From Spironucleus salmonicida (taxonomy: Eukaryota), in NCBI RefSeq assembly GCF_000497125.1, contig NC_090601.1, positions 806,001-870,000 on the forward strand: 64,000 bases of DNA, written 5' to 3'. Position 1 is the first letter of the stretch. Each line of letters starts with the position of its first letter. The notes under the pieces are model-generated. The model did not search any database. It was given only the letters and a program-made list of their open reading frames with translations, and had not been told where the DNA came from. Made by a program: the position numbers and the translations under genes. Below are positions 37,639 to 50,605 of this stretch, piece by piece.

Positions 37639-38044
37639 TTGATTCTGTAAACTAGCCTTACTCTTGTAGATTAAGAGGGTGAGCCTAGTCTGGTGGAAAA
37701 TGTTATAATGGGTTTTAGTGTATATTGATTAGTAGGTAATGAATAATAATTTGGAATAAAAGTTTATATTGAAGGGTATAATAATTAATAATAGAAAAAT
37801 AGTATACAATTACTAAACCAAAAACTTCAAATATATAATAGTACGTATATAAGAAATAGCATTTCTATATTCTGAGCCAGCGGATTAGTGTTGAGATTAG
37901 GTTCAATTAGCTTATATTAGCAAAATATAAATATTGATGGCGCCTACTAGTAAGCTACTATTGTTAGTTGGCTCCACACAAAATTGATTAACCCGTTAGA
38001 GCTAACGGACTCTAGCTTATCTGAGGTTTCCCAAAACTACTAAA

Positions 38045-39093
38045 TCACTTCAATTATTACTTCCTAGCTTTCTTGAGGAAGTACAATAGAATACAATTGC
38101 CCACACCGCATATAACCACCAAGGCTGCGATAGTGATGACCGTGATCTCCCCGCCAGAGATACCACCAAGAGCGGCCTCCTCGGATGACTTGAAACAGAA
38201 CTCTCCTATCTTAGTGTAGTTACTTTTGCATTCCTCACATTTGCCTTCTGTAAGCACATAGCCTGGCAGGCAGGTGCCGCAGGTTTTGGGGGCCTTGGTG
38301 GTGCATTTACCGTCAGAAAATGTGAAGTTTACATTATCTATGCAGCCTGTACAGATTTTAGGGGATCCTGATTAGCAGCTGCAGAACTTGTTAGCGCATT
38401 TGTTGGGGTAGGCTTCGGGGGCTATACGACAGGGCAGGTGAAGCAGTTATTGGCAGTTCCACAATTGCAGGCAGTCTGCTATTCTGTACCTCCACATGGA
38501 ACATTTTTTGTACTAACGCATGCCTCGTTGACATTTATAAGATTACAATCTCTAGAGCAGGTATAATCGGTGTTCAGCTCATAATCATGATTGCAAGCCG
38601 TGCATCTATCGGCACTAGTGCAGGATTTACAGTTCGTATCGCAATTATCGCATCTGTTCCCTGATGCCAAAATATTGCAGAACTTTCCAGTCGTGCAGGG
38701 AGTCTCGGCGTCACACTCATCCTTGCTGCATTAACTGCCCTTGAAGATGAAGTCTTCGTTACATACTGTGCAGGTTTCACCATCGTTATTACATGTTTTA
38801 CAGTTCGCTGGACACGCCTTGCAGGCACTAGAGTCCATTACATAACTATCATTGCAAACTGTGCAGGTTTCAGCTGCGGAACAGGTCTTGCACCCGGGGG
38901 AGCAGGCCGTGCACTTATCGGTGTCCAGGAAGAACTCTGGTTGGCAGGCTGTGCAGGTAGCTAGAGCGTCCTTAGTACAGGTCTAGCAATCTGCAGCAGT
39001 GCATTTTAAGCAATCTTATGTCTCATCCGTAGCTTCCGTAGGACAAACAAAGCCTGCAGGACAAGGAGATCCCGAAGTGCAAGTTTCTGTCAT
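38045..39093 (-). pseudogene. Frameshifted CRMP (tandem copy of 29394-30442)
   Basis: Same C5-tract frameshift at +8651. Confidence 0.8.
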
Positions 39094-39428
39094 TTTGGGG
39101 TGGTATGAAAATGTTATTTTTTATATGAAACTCCTACTCAGAATCATATTTTTACATAGGTATATAAAGTAAATACGAAAATTTTGAAACGTATTGTTAC
39201 CTTATTAGGTGTATATTACTATACTAAGCAAAAATAGTAATATCTCCAAAAACTGCTTTGGAAGGATATTTTAGGATATTGGATATTCTGGGGACATAAT
39301 TTCATATTACCATATATCTAAAATAAAACGGAAAGCTGAATCTGCTTTAATGTCGTAATAATATAATATGCAATTTTTAGAAACCCTTGCTGTATTGTAT
39401 CGGCTAAGTATATGATGTTAGAATACCC

Positions 39429-40556
39429 TCACTTCCGCGCCCGCTTGATGAAGTAGAAGGCGAGCCCGCCGCCCACTGCGCCAGCTACCACCAGGACCGC
39501 GACCACGATGCCAGCCACGGCGCCTCCGGAGAGCTTGTTGGATGAAGACTCCTGCACGGGTAGGAAGCAGAATTCGCCTACTTTGGCGAATCCGGAAGCA
39601 CAGTCCTCGCACTTAGCGTCCTTGAGGACGTAGCCGGGGAGGCAGGTGCAGCAGGTGGTGGGGGCCTTGGGTTTGCAGGCAGCAGCAGAAAATGCATAAT
39701 TTTTTTCATCAACGCATCCAGTACATGTCGCAATGGCACTAGAATCGCACTTGCAAAGCTTATCGTCGCAGTTGTTGGCATCCGGAGTTGGAACCGGAGG
39801 GACCGGGCAAGTCAAGCAGTTCTTGGCTGCAGCGCCACAATTGCATGCGGTCTGCTACCCAGTAGTTCCACAGGAAGCGGCAGCAGAACTTATACACGCC
39901 TTATTTACAGGTAAATTAGTACAAGTTGCGGTGCAGGTCTGATCGGTGTTCATCTCATTGCTAGCCTTGCAGGTGGTGCATTTATCAGCACTGGTGCAGG
40001 ATTAGCATTTAGATTCACAATCAGTGCATCTGTTCCCTGTTGTTAAAATGTTGCAGAACTTGCCATCAGTACATAAAGTATCAGTGTCACACTCATGCTT
40101 GTCGCATTTAGTGCCCTTGATAACGAATCCATCGTAGCACGCCGAGCAGGTCTCACCAGCATCACATTCTTTACAGTTCGCCGGACACGCTTTGCAGGAG
40201 CCAGTGGCAAGTCCGAAACCTTCGTTACAAACTGTGCAGGTATCAGCGGCAGTACAGGTCTTGCAGCCGGCGGAGCAGGCGGTACACGCAGTATCCTTCA
40301 ACATGAAACCGTCGTCACAGTTTGTGCAAACGGTGCTAGAAGTGCAAGTGCCGCACCCCGCGGAACAGGCGCTGCATGCGCTACCATCTAAAATGAACCT
40401 AGGTAAGCATTCCGTACAGGTGCCCAGAGCGTCCTTAGTGCAGGTCTTACAACCGGCTACCGTACACTTGGAGCAGTCCTATATATTTTCAGTTAGTTCT
40501 CCTGGACAAACAAAGCCGTCTGGGCAATCAGATCCCGTCTTGCACGTCTCTGGCAT
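39429..40556 (-). CDS. Cysteine-rich membrane protein (tandem copy of 30778-31905)
   Basis: Identical sequence at +8651. Confidence 0.92.
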
Positions 40557-40897
40557 TTTGGTGGAGTGGGAATTCGACTTCACGCCTAGGACATGCGCGG
40601 ATACTTATATACACCACAACGCAGAGTGCAAGTATAAAGATTCGAACATAATGTTGTGGTTTGCAGAGTATTATTATAGTAATACAATCACGATAGCCTA
40701 CCTAATTATCCTGTCGCGAATCACTCAAATTGTTGAAACCGTTTTTGGAGTGGTTTTGAAAGTACGTATATTGGCTAATATACTCGCCCGCCAGGCCACC
40801 AGACGGGAGCCGCCCTGCCCCCCGCTGGGCTGGTGTGCGCCAATGCATGCTCTGAAGCTGCCCGCGGAACGCTCCGCACTGGCGTATATGAATACCC

Positions 40898-41869
40898 TCA
40901 CTGCTTACCTTTCTTGACGAAGTAGTAAGCCAGACCGCCGCCCACTGCGCCCACCACCACCAGGACCGCGATCACGATGCCCGCCACGGCGCCCCCGGAT
41001 AGCTTGTTGGCGGAGGATGGGTCTACGTCATTAAAACAGAAGTTCCCGACCTTGGAGTAGCCGGAGGCGCAGTCCTCGCACTTGGCGTCCTTGAGGACGT
41101 ACCCGGGCAGGCAGGTGCCGCAGGTGGTGGGGGCGTTAAGTTTGCACTTTGCTGAATCTAAAGTGTAGTTAGTAGTGTCAATGCAGCCGGTGCAGGCTCC
41201 TTTAGCTTCATCGGTACAGGTGCACAGGGGGTCGTCGCAGGTTCCTGGGGCGGGTACGGGAACGACGGGGCATGCGAGGCAGTTCTTGGCGGTAACACCG
41301 CAATTACAGGCGGTCTTCTGGTCTGACACACCGCACGCGACTCCGGCGGCACCGGTGCAGGCCTCGTTTACCTTTGGGTCGGCGCACTTGGTGGTGCAGG
41401 TCTGATCGGTATTCATCTCGTCGGTGTCCTTGCAGGTCGTGCACTTGGTGAGGCTGCTGCAGTTGCCGCAGGTGGCAGAGCAATCAGTGCAGACGTTTCC
41501 GGTGGCCTTGATCTCGCAAAACTTAGTATCTGCACAAGGTTTTGTGTCGTCGCACGCGTTTACTATGGCACCTTTGGCAACACAGGCATCAGCCTTAACT
41601 TCATATCCATCGGCACATACCGTGCACTTAGCTGCAGAATCGCAAGTAGTGCAGTTGGCGGAGCATGCCTTGCAAGATGTATCTGGATCCAAGAAAAAGT
41701 TAGGAGCGCATGCGCTGCAGACATCTACTGAACCGATAGCGCATCCAACACAATGTTCTGCAGCAGATGTGCAGTCGACGCAGTCTAGCAGATTATCAGC
41801 AGTGGCCGCAGCGGGACATGCCTTCATAGATGGGCAAACTTTTTCAGCGTTATCGCACTTTTCAGCCAT
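40898..41869 (-). CDS. Cysteine-rich membrane protein (CRMP), 323 aa
   Basis: Intact even in the standard-code track; CxxC repeats, TM, KKGKQ-TGA. Confidence 0.95.
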   Translation of the reverse strand: MAEKCDNAEKVCPSMKACPAAATADNLLDCVDCTSAAEHCVGCAIGSVDVCSACAPNFFLDPDTSCKACSANCTTCDSAAKCTVCADGYEVKADACVAKGAIVNACDDTKPCADTKFCEIKATGNVCTDCSATCGNCSSLTKCTTCKDTDEMNTDQTCTTKCADPKVNEACTGAAGVACGVSDQKTACNCGVTAKNCLACPVVPVPAPGTCDDPLCTCTDEAKGACTGCIDTTNYTLDSAKCKLNAPTTCGTCLPGYVLKDAKCEDCASGYSKVGNFCFNDVDPSSANKLSGGAVAGIVIAVLVVVGAVGGGLAYYFVKKGKQ

Positions 41870-42125
41870 TATTGGAGTTTTAATAAAGATACAGTTTAAA
41901 AAAATACTTTCTATTAGTTGATTATATTGCTGAAGATAAATGCAAAAAAATAAAAAATAATATAATACTAACTGCTATAGATTACGTATTCTTACTTGAA
42001 CAGAAAAACTATATTAATATAACTAATACCATTAATAAATTATATATAAAACAAATAAAAACAATATTTGCATAATTTGAGTGCATATCTGATAATAACA
42101 AATTACTTTCGGATCACAATAATAG
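41870..42125. repeat. Upstream region homologous (inverted) to ~960-1204, the leader of CRMP 1205-2176
   Basis: Shared AAACTGTATCTTTATTAAAAC, TTATATTAATATAGTTTTTCTG and GAAAGTAATTTG blocks. Confidence 0.8.
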
Positions 42126-43738
42126 ATAAAATACAATAACCGTAAAAAGAAGTCAGTTTATCAACATTAAGTGAAAACAATTGAGATGAAAATATTAGTA
42201 ATTAATTTAAAGAAATTGAGATATTTAGTAAAAGTTGTGCCTCAGATAATTAAACCTTGTGAAGTTTATGCGTATACTCTTTAATTACCAGATAGCTACA
42301 ATATAGTAAATTCATATTTTGCGGACAGAAACTACTGTAACTATAACTTAGTTGCTATTACATATTTATCTAATTAATTCATTGTACACTATCATATTAT
42401 CACTATATTAGTTAAATCGGCATGTATAAACTACTCATCACCCTTTACATTGATTACTGCGAACTAACTGTATTCAGATATTTCAGCAAACAGCTGGCAC
42501 AAGATTAATATTACATCACGTCGATATTTTTTTCAATATTATCTGCAAAAATTACCTAAACTAAGTTCATTCATTATTTCGTATCAGCCCCACGTCAGGG
42601 AATAATTGTTGGTACGACTTAGCCAATAGTATTCTCCAGAAATTAAATATTACTATTATATGTGATAAATTAATTACACAGTTAATGTTTATCATATTTC
42701 TCTCATTCAATATAATTTAATGTCAGCACGCTGGTGTTAGTCTCTCACATGCACCCATTCCGTGTTTTGTCGTCTTAAGGGGCACAATTAATTATTAGAC
42801 AGACACTGCAAATTGTTACTGCAATAATTAATTTTTACCTTCCATCTCAATTTTGATAACTTGCTGACTAAGCTGGATTAAATTATATAGTAATATGTGT
42901 ATATTAATTAAAATGAAAATTACTCTTTTCAACAGCCAATCGGCCCCTGCGACTACCATAAAAGCAGGTATTCTTATTTCTATGTCCTTACGCAGGATTT
43001 TAGATTATTGAATGAGTAACATTGCTACAACCGTGATTGGCTATAGAGCTAATGGAAAGATTGTGCTATCCTTCGTATAACAATAATCAACATATTTTTT
43101 CGGGTTAAAATCAACCAATTTGAATGAATCGTATATGTAAGAGCTTCATGTGCCCATGAGTGTGTGAGATGAGTTAGTAGATATAATGAGACGTAGATTG
43201 CAGTTTAGCATAGAGAACTGAAATTCTACTATCCAGTAATTCTGGCAAATATGGTTATTTTCAGTTCAGGAAAACTTATTTTGACCTGGTTAGAGTTAGT
43301 AGCGCTAAAAGCTATCAAATTGGTGTTAAAAGCTATTTATACGTCTTACAGTAGTAAGTAAGTTGCAGAAGCTAGTGTTTTGATTAGTTCCACCAACCAT
43401 GGCGTAGAACTTTAGATACAAGAGCTTTTAACTGTCAAAGAAAGCCAAAACTGTCTTATAAAGCATAATAAATTTTATTTCAAACTCTACTTCACTCGAC
43501 TCTTACTCTCCCTCCATGTAGTCTTCCACGCTTAGATTGCCCATTTTTGAACGTTCTGTATTAACTTGAATCCATATTTTTATTACAACACAAATGTAAA
43601 TAATAACTTTTAGAATAATTAGAATTCAATACTTATATATACGATATTAGTAATATTTTTGTAAATCATCCTAATTAATAACATATAACCAAACAAAAAT
43701 AAAGAATAACACATTGGTAACATAATGGTAAAGATCAC

Positions 43739-45049
43739 TCAGTTCTAAGCGCGGTGTATATATTTGGATATGTTACCCTGTGTTGGCTCTAAGCCATTCT
43801 GCTCAATATCTGGTCTGGAGATTGATTAAATATCCTGTTCGTGTGACTCTTTTAACATAGAGCTCCTCGAAATATGCAGGGCCTCAAACCACACAGCATA
43901 CGCAATTCCTACACCGAACCCTAAGAAATATGCCGGCCTTGTCGGCCAGTCAGACAAATCGGTTGTAAGCGCCCCGCCCTGATAATCAGTGCATTTGAGC
44001 ACATTTACGATCAGAATATTGTACAAAATCTACTAAAAGTAGACGTAAAATGCTATCAAAAGCGGCGTTGCCAAAACGATAAAAATCAGCATCCACACAA
44101 ACATGCGCAGCCAGCGATTTTTGCGCAGCGGTGTGAGGCAGAATTCGTCGTAGAAGATCGGCGCGAGCCTGTTTCCGGTGATTTGGAACGGAAGCCACGA
44201 TAGCGCTGCCATGCCCCATACCGAGTGCCCCACGAGCTGCGGGTTCGCTCCCACGTTCGGCAGGCTGCGGAAAATGACGTAGCGGTGGAAAAGCCAGCCG
44301 ATTAGCGTGCAAAGTGCGACAGGGACCTGGATTCCAACGAAAAGGATCCCGAACTTCGACATGTCGCTGCGGAAGCCGCTGAAATCGGCGTTCCGGAAGA
44401 TCCCGTGCCCCATGAGGTTCACGATTGGGATCCACTGCATGTACCCAGCGATCTGGGCAAGGTTTGAGACGGGGGACAGCGCCCTGCCAATCCACACTCC
44501 CCAAATGCCCCAGGTCCAGATTTCTGCGCAAACTCCGGCAGCGAAGGGGTCCATTTCCTTCAAAAAGTGGAAGTTGGCGAGGACCGTATGGGAGGTTATG
44601 ACGACGAAGGTGATGACCTGGTGCGTGCCAATGAACGCGCCGTATGGTGGAAGGGTGAATAGTACTTGCCCTGCTGCATCGACTCGCGTGTAGAAAACGC
44701 AGTCGAAAATGAATGATTGGACGAAAATTGATACGGTAGCGGTAACGACGAGGATCGAGAAATAGGTAGAGAAGACGACAAGGTGTGAATGCCTGGAGCA
44801 CCATTCTTTGATTTTAGGATATCCTGTAACGCAGGGGTAAAAGAAAACTTGGTGGACTGCAACTTCAGTTGCAATGGAAGGCGCGTAAAGAAGCATGTTC
44901 CTCTTACTAAGTCCCAGTAGGAGGAAATAAAAGAATATCATGGCAACGCCTATAGCCATGCAGATGATAACGTCTATCACGACAGCTATAATGGCTACTG
45001 AGAGTCTCAGTGGTTTAGATTTAGACCGATTTTCTATGTAAGCGTCCAT
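43739..45049 (-). CDS. Multipass transmembrane protein of unknown family, 436 aa
   Basis: Track ORFs 44033-45049 and 43826-44026 join through TAG; many hydrophobic segments; first TGA at 43739-43741. Confidence 0.85.
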
Positions 45050-45878
45050 TAAGTTTGTAAAAAGGTGAATATCAATTATAATCTGTAAAAGTAATTTGAA
45101 GGTTTATTAATTTCGATATTGATGATAATATCAAAATTTCTTCTATTAACTTTAATTTCTAGTTACTCAAAAAATTTATATTTAATAATATTAACTGTTC
45201 AATCAGTTAACATACAAATTTATGTATACTGATCTTGTATAGTTAAACAAAACAATTTCAAATATATTATTATAAATAAAATATATAATAAACAAAATAG
45301 TCAATTGTATAGAACGCCTCTAAAGAGAATTTACCGAATAATTTGAGTCATTTACACAAGAAATCGAAGTTTATAAAATAGATTAAGATATATGAGCAGT
45401 GATTCACAATTTAAACGATGCAGAAACCCACCAGACCCTCATATATACGTCTTTAGCATATGAAAGAACACAAGAGAGCTGGGAAGATTAGCCCGTAGAT
45501 TGATACGAGCATAAATATAATAGAATGAGATATGGGATGTTTTAGAGCAGCAAGCTTAGATTGGACTTCTTGGTCAACCTATACACCGGCAGTACCTAGC
45601 AGAGAGCCTCTGATTCAGAATACCAGTTATGATTTAGTTTATTACGTCAAATATGTAAATTTTGGAGATTTAACTTAAATAATTCCGTTTTAGTTATCTT
45701 CAGGGCTATAAAAATTGTTTAGTAGATTATTCTATCTCATTCAGACTTAATTGAATTTGTTAATACTTTTGTGTAGTCTTCTCTTTTTGTATAATTAAAG
45801 AAACTTTGGTTTTTTCTTGTTTCTTCAGTTAAATTTACTCCTATTAATAGTAATCCTTCAGCCGAGAAACTTTGCAAA

Positions 45879-46151
45879 ATGGGTAACTGCATTAGCAATA
45901 TGGAAACAAGTATCAAAGACGAGATTGAGCGCAACATCCTAGGAATCTATTAGAATATAGCTGAAATTTTCCCTACCAGAACACAAGAACACCAGTGCGA
46001 TATATGTGAATACTCTAAGCTGATCACCTACTCCATCACCAGTACTGTGTTCGAAGAACCAGACAACTCACTCATTGAAGATCCCCGAACTGGTCTGCAC
46101 AGCTTGCGGTAATCCTTCGACGGCGTTAGTATGCTGGAAACCTGCCTATGA
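45879..46151 (+). CDS. Small putative dually acylated protein, 90 aa (MGNCISN...DPRTGLHSLRQSFDGVSMLETCL)
   Basis: Paralog of 6597-6884 with shared MGNCI start and identical 22-aa C-terminal block. Confidence 0.82.
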
Positions 46152-46724
46152 GAGCCGCTCCATCCGCCTCTGCTGCCAGAGACTTCTGGGGATATGGTTT
46201 GTTTTGCGTTTCAGTGGAAGATTAAGTACAGGTTCTTCCATTATTTATATTGGTTATACTATTTTTGGGATCATGACCCTGCTTTGGATATTGTTATCTT
46301 AATTGAATTTTTGGGTATGCACTAATAAGTTCAATGATATCTTCTATTTTGTAGTAGATTCTTTCTAAGTAGGTATAAATTATGTCCCGTTCACGGTTAA
46401 ATTGGCTTAATTATAACAGGAAGACCGTGTCCGCGCCATTTTTGTTAGGCTTAGATTATCTTTCTTTGGTTATGGAATATTTTAATAAATCTGAAGTGAT
46501 AAGTTTAAATTTGTCGTATAAGCGCCTTAAGACTTCGGACGAGATTTTGCATTATAGTTCCTATAGTTTTCGTTATAAAACACTGACAGTTTCAGTGCTT
46601 TATTATGCGCTTTAAGTGTATTTAAATATGCTGTAATATGAGGAGATTTACGATTTAAGTCCAAGGTGTTCAGATTGTTTAGATATGTTTAATAAAGTGA
46701 ATTTTCAAATTTTCGATAATTCAT
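46068..46724 (-). CDS. Hypothetical protein, 218 aa, overlapping 45879-46151 tail-to-tail by 84 bp
   Basis: Code-6 ORF MNYRKFENSLY...GIFNE ending GAG-TGA; no recognisable motif. Confidence 0.45.
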
Positions 46725-46813
46725 TTTCTAGAAATATAATATTAAATCCTTGAATATTATTATAAATAATCTGAAAAAGTAAAAGTTGAAAAATAAATTT
46801 AAATGAATAGTTA

Positions 46814-48087
46814 TCATTCTATGTTGCTACCAATGTGAATCCAGTTTTCATCAAGATAAATATAATCTACCTGCGTTTCCGATACTGCTAAAGCATTAGT
46901 GTATGAAATGTCGTATAGGGAAAATCTGTTGTCAAAGTATTATGATAGACTTGCTAATTAGTTTTAAGATAATATTGTATTGCCAATTAGGTTAGTTAGT
47001 CGAATTGCAAATTTCCCAATATATACGTGGTCTGGTATTGCAGAGCGAGTAAATACTACAGGTTCTAGGAATTCAAGACTGTCTTTTGTCCCATTGACAT
47101 CAAGCTAAGCAATAACTTGAGCCCCCATATTGAAAAACCTTTTAAGGGTTATATTTTCTATCTTGATTCCATTAAAAATACGTTCCTGGTACAAATAAAG
47201 CCAAAATCCTGAATTAAACGCATACTTCTCTATTTGGTATTGAACATCATGATTTGTGTAAAATGTTTTACGTCGAGAGATATTAGTCTAACTATATCCG
47301 AAGCAGGTAGAATCAGTATTGCTGTGATCGCATTTATACCCCTAAAACCATACAGATAGCATATTATCTTTTATGGTAATACCATCAAAATATCGCTAAT
47401 CTGTACTAATATTTTAGTCATAATTGAATTTAGATACTTCTGATTATTAAGTTAATAATTTAAGCAACTGGTCGCATAATGTTTTAACTATTTACTATCC
47501 CATCTCGCCATTCAATTAATTTTTAATTTCCTCAGATATAATACCAGCTAAAGCATTATATATTATTTAAAGACCAGCAATAAATTTTATTTAAATGTAT
47601 TTAGTTAAATTTTTGTCTATTAAGTAACAATAATATATTTATTTTTACATTCATCATCAGGATATGTAACTCTTCCATTTGTAAATATTTAGAAATCTTA
47701 TACTGAAATAGTTAAGCTTCCACTATCAGTTATATATGGAAATGTTTATTATGTGATTTATAATTAAAATTTGATTACCATGGTAATATTGTTCATAGAT
47801 ATTAAAACAGAGGTCTCATGTGTATTCATAATTAAATTTCCTATACTTAGATCAGAAAATTAACCATTAGTAAGATCAATTATAAATACAGAGAACTTTA
47901 AACTTATATTTGGAAGTTAAAGTGTTCCCTAAATTTCAGAAATTGCTATTGCGATATTTTTTTAAGAATACTTCGATAATCCTTCTGAAGTAAGCATTAC
48001 CTGCATAGAACCATCATATTTGTTAATACTAGGTTAAAGTGAAGCGAAAGTAGTTACATAGCATTACTTCAGTAATACTAAAATCAT
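46814..48087 (-). CDS. BPI/LBP-like (TULIP-fold) lipid-binding protein, ~424 aa, with one frameshift near 47590
   Basis: MQVMLTSEGLSKYSQKNIAIAISEIQGTLQLPNISLKF..IDLTNGQFSDLSI resembles the BPI/LBP N-domain; ends WIHIGSNIE; span of 1274 nt is not a multiple of 3; 5' frame stops at 47512-47514 and 3' frame is closed upstream at 47651-47653. Confidence 0.7.
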
Positions 48088-48862
48088 TTTACGAATGTTA
48101 AAATTATTAAAGAATAGTGGATTGTCTACAGTTTTTATATTATTTTTACAGATTCCTGCAATTTTTATGCAATCTAATAAATATTTATACTATTACCATC
48201 ATTACTAATCGTTTTATAAGTGAACAGTTTCAATTTCTAATAAATATATCGCATTAATTTACTTAATTTAACATATTTTAACAATTTATATGAGAAAATA
48301 TTATGAATTATATATTATCTCCATTATTTTACTTCAAGTGATACGAAATACTCTAATTTTTACTTTGTTTCGACTATAGATTTAATTATAATCTAGTTAT
48401 GATTATCATTATCGTATATAAAATTCATTTTAATTTATAATTTACCGTGATACATTCGTCATTAGTATTTCTTAAAACCAGGAACACTTTCTTTAATATA
48501 TTATATATCATTTATTTAATTTCAGACTTGTGTAAATACTATTAATTTAAATAATTTAACTTGCAATATTTATATACAAAAATTAAAATAAATAATTTTA
48601 AGCAAACCAACATGAAAATCTTATATAACTATTATATAATAGCTTAGATACCGTGAAAAGTATCAATAGTAAATATTTAGTTTGATACTATAATTGTATT
48701 ATTTGAGCATCTGCAATTAAATTAAATTACATGGATTTAGGCTTAAAACTTTTTATCAAAAAATGAATAAAACCCACTTTCTATATCTATTCTCTATATA
48801 TTAAACTAAAAATTATTAGTCATCAACTTCTACTAAATAATGATAGTGTTTTAAAAGTCAAG

Positions 48863-49303
48863 TCACTTCATGGAAAGAGCCCATGCTGGCCTTGTAATTG
48901 TAATGTATAACTGAACGTCCTTTTCCATTATGGTTACTCTATGAGCATGTTGGGCAAGCAGCTGAGAATCGGACAATGTCCTGATTAAAACTGCTTCGGC
49001 AGCCTCCTAGAGAGCCTGAAGAGCCTGGCCCTAGAAACGGATTTCAGCACTACCATAATCCTGAGCAACAGCACGGACAAGTCTTGCAAAAGGATTACGA
49101 GGGATGACACAATTGGTATCTTTTTGCATCCGCCTAATTTCACGATCGGCAACTACGCCCTATCTGGAGCGACGGTGAGCTTTCACGGTCTTGTCAGAGA
49201 CTGACTTGCGGGCAATTACCTTTTTGGCAACTATTGTCTTACGAGGTGCCTTGATGCCTTTGCGAGCGCCTGAGCGTGATATAGTATTTTTAACTCTAGC
49301 CAT
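48863..49303 (-). CDS. Divergent histone H3 variant, 146 aa
   Basis: MARVKNT...KAPRK...ARKS...REIRRMQK...PFARLVR...IRFQ..ALQEAAE...HAHRVTIMEKD; missed by the track because of TAG=Gln; ends AAG-TGA. Confidence 0.93.
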
Positions 49304-50326
49304 ATATTCTAGTGAAACGGAATTTCGCTTCGCGGAAAGGGATAGTATAATGAAATAAAGTATATAATAATTATTATTATTTAAAATTTAGAGCTTAAAC
49401 ATAAACCTATAGAATTAAAAGTAAATTATAGTGAATATTAAACTAAGAAATGAATCTCTTCTATTTAATAGCAGTGTATAGTAAATATATCGGAAAACAT
49501 ACCTTTTAGCTAACTTGGAGCTATATTTGCAGTTATGAATTTTATTTAAGTAAATATTATCATACATTTATCCTCGTTGCTGAAGTGGATTAAATAGTAT
49601 CACTATGGAGTAAGCAAATATTAGGTAATGAAAATATATGCAAACGACTATTTAGCTGTAGTCATTAGACAATGTTAATACAATAACTTACTAAACCTAT
49701 AAATATCATTAACTAAAAATAAAATTACGATTAGTATTTAAAATTAAATTTCTAAATTCTGATTATTACGTTGAGAAGATATCTATATATGTTAATGCAA
49801 ATAAATATATAACTTTTCAATTTAAAAAAATGGTATTTCGGAGATATTTTATAATTAGTTGCTAACATTTGTAAAACCTTGATCTACTAAAACTAAGATT
49901 ATAAATATTTGTATTATATTTTGTTACCAAAATTGGTATACACTAAATTAATCTCAATAATAATATTCTATCGTGGTTTTTTGTGATAAATGTTTATATT
50001 ACTTAACTAAACACTAACTGCTTTGAGGTGTACTTAAGTAAAACGTAATTAACTTATGTTTTATTCAATAAATCATAAAACTATTCTAATAATATTATTT
50101 TTATAAATTTATACTATAGTTAATTTAATTCTAGTTAATTTTTAAAGATTAGATTTTTAATACTGTTTTCTTACGTATTTTCAAATATTAGCGATTAAAA
50201 TGTTATTTTATTTATTATAACAAGCTAGATTTTCATAAAATCTACAAGAGATGTTTCTATTTAAGATGTATTATAAGATAAAGATAATATTAATTAAGTA
50301 GGTTATAATTAATAATATTGAGAAAA

Positions 50327-50605
50327 TCACAAAAACGAAAGGTGGCTATTATATGGAGTGGAAAATAATGTAATTTGTTTCTTTTGTCTATATATTCGTT
50401 TATAATTAATAATTGATATCAATCCTAAAATTACACCGAGAAAAAGCAGTATGCAGCACACAGTTAGAGGAACAAAATCTGGGAGCATTTTATAAAAATT
50501 AAAATTATTCACTAGATGCAAATAATTATATACAAAATAGTGTAGAGTGAAATATATACAAAATTATGTATACCTATTAAACTTATTAGGTTAAAATGAT
50601 ATCAT
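50327..50605 (-). other. Possible C-terminal TM-coding remnant of a decayed membrane-protein gene
   Basis: FVPLTVCCILLFLGVILGLISII followed by a basic tail and TGA; the frame is closed upstream at 50606-50608. Confidence 0.3.

Larger units (their letters stand above)
22970..41164. repeat. Tandem segmental duplication, 8,651-bp unit, ~2.1 copies
   Basis: Identical ORFs recur at +8651 (23596/32247/40898; 28394/37045); units almost identical (one SNP seen, 27395 T vs 36046 A); both ends lie inside CRMP coding sequence. Confidence 0.95.

Noticed and set aside
42880-43545. Possible decayed hydrolase-like gene or MG-starting ORF (MGNLSVEDY...)
   Set aside because: Broken frames, only vague resemblance, lacks the microprotein motif
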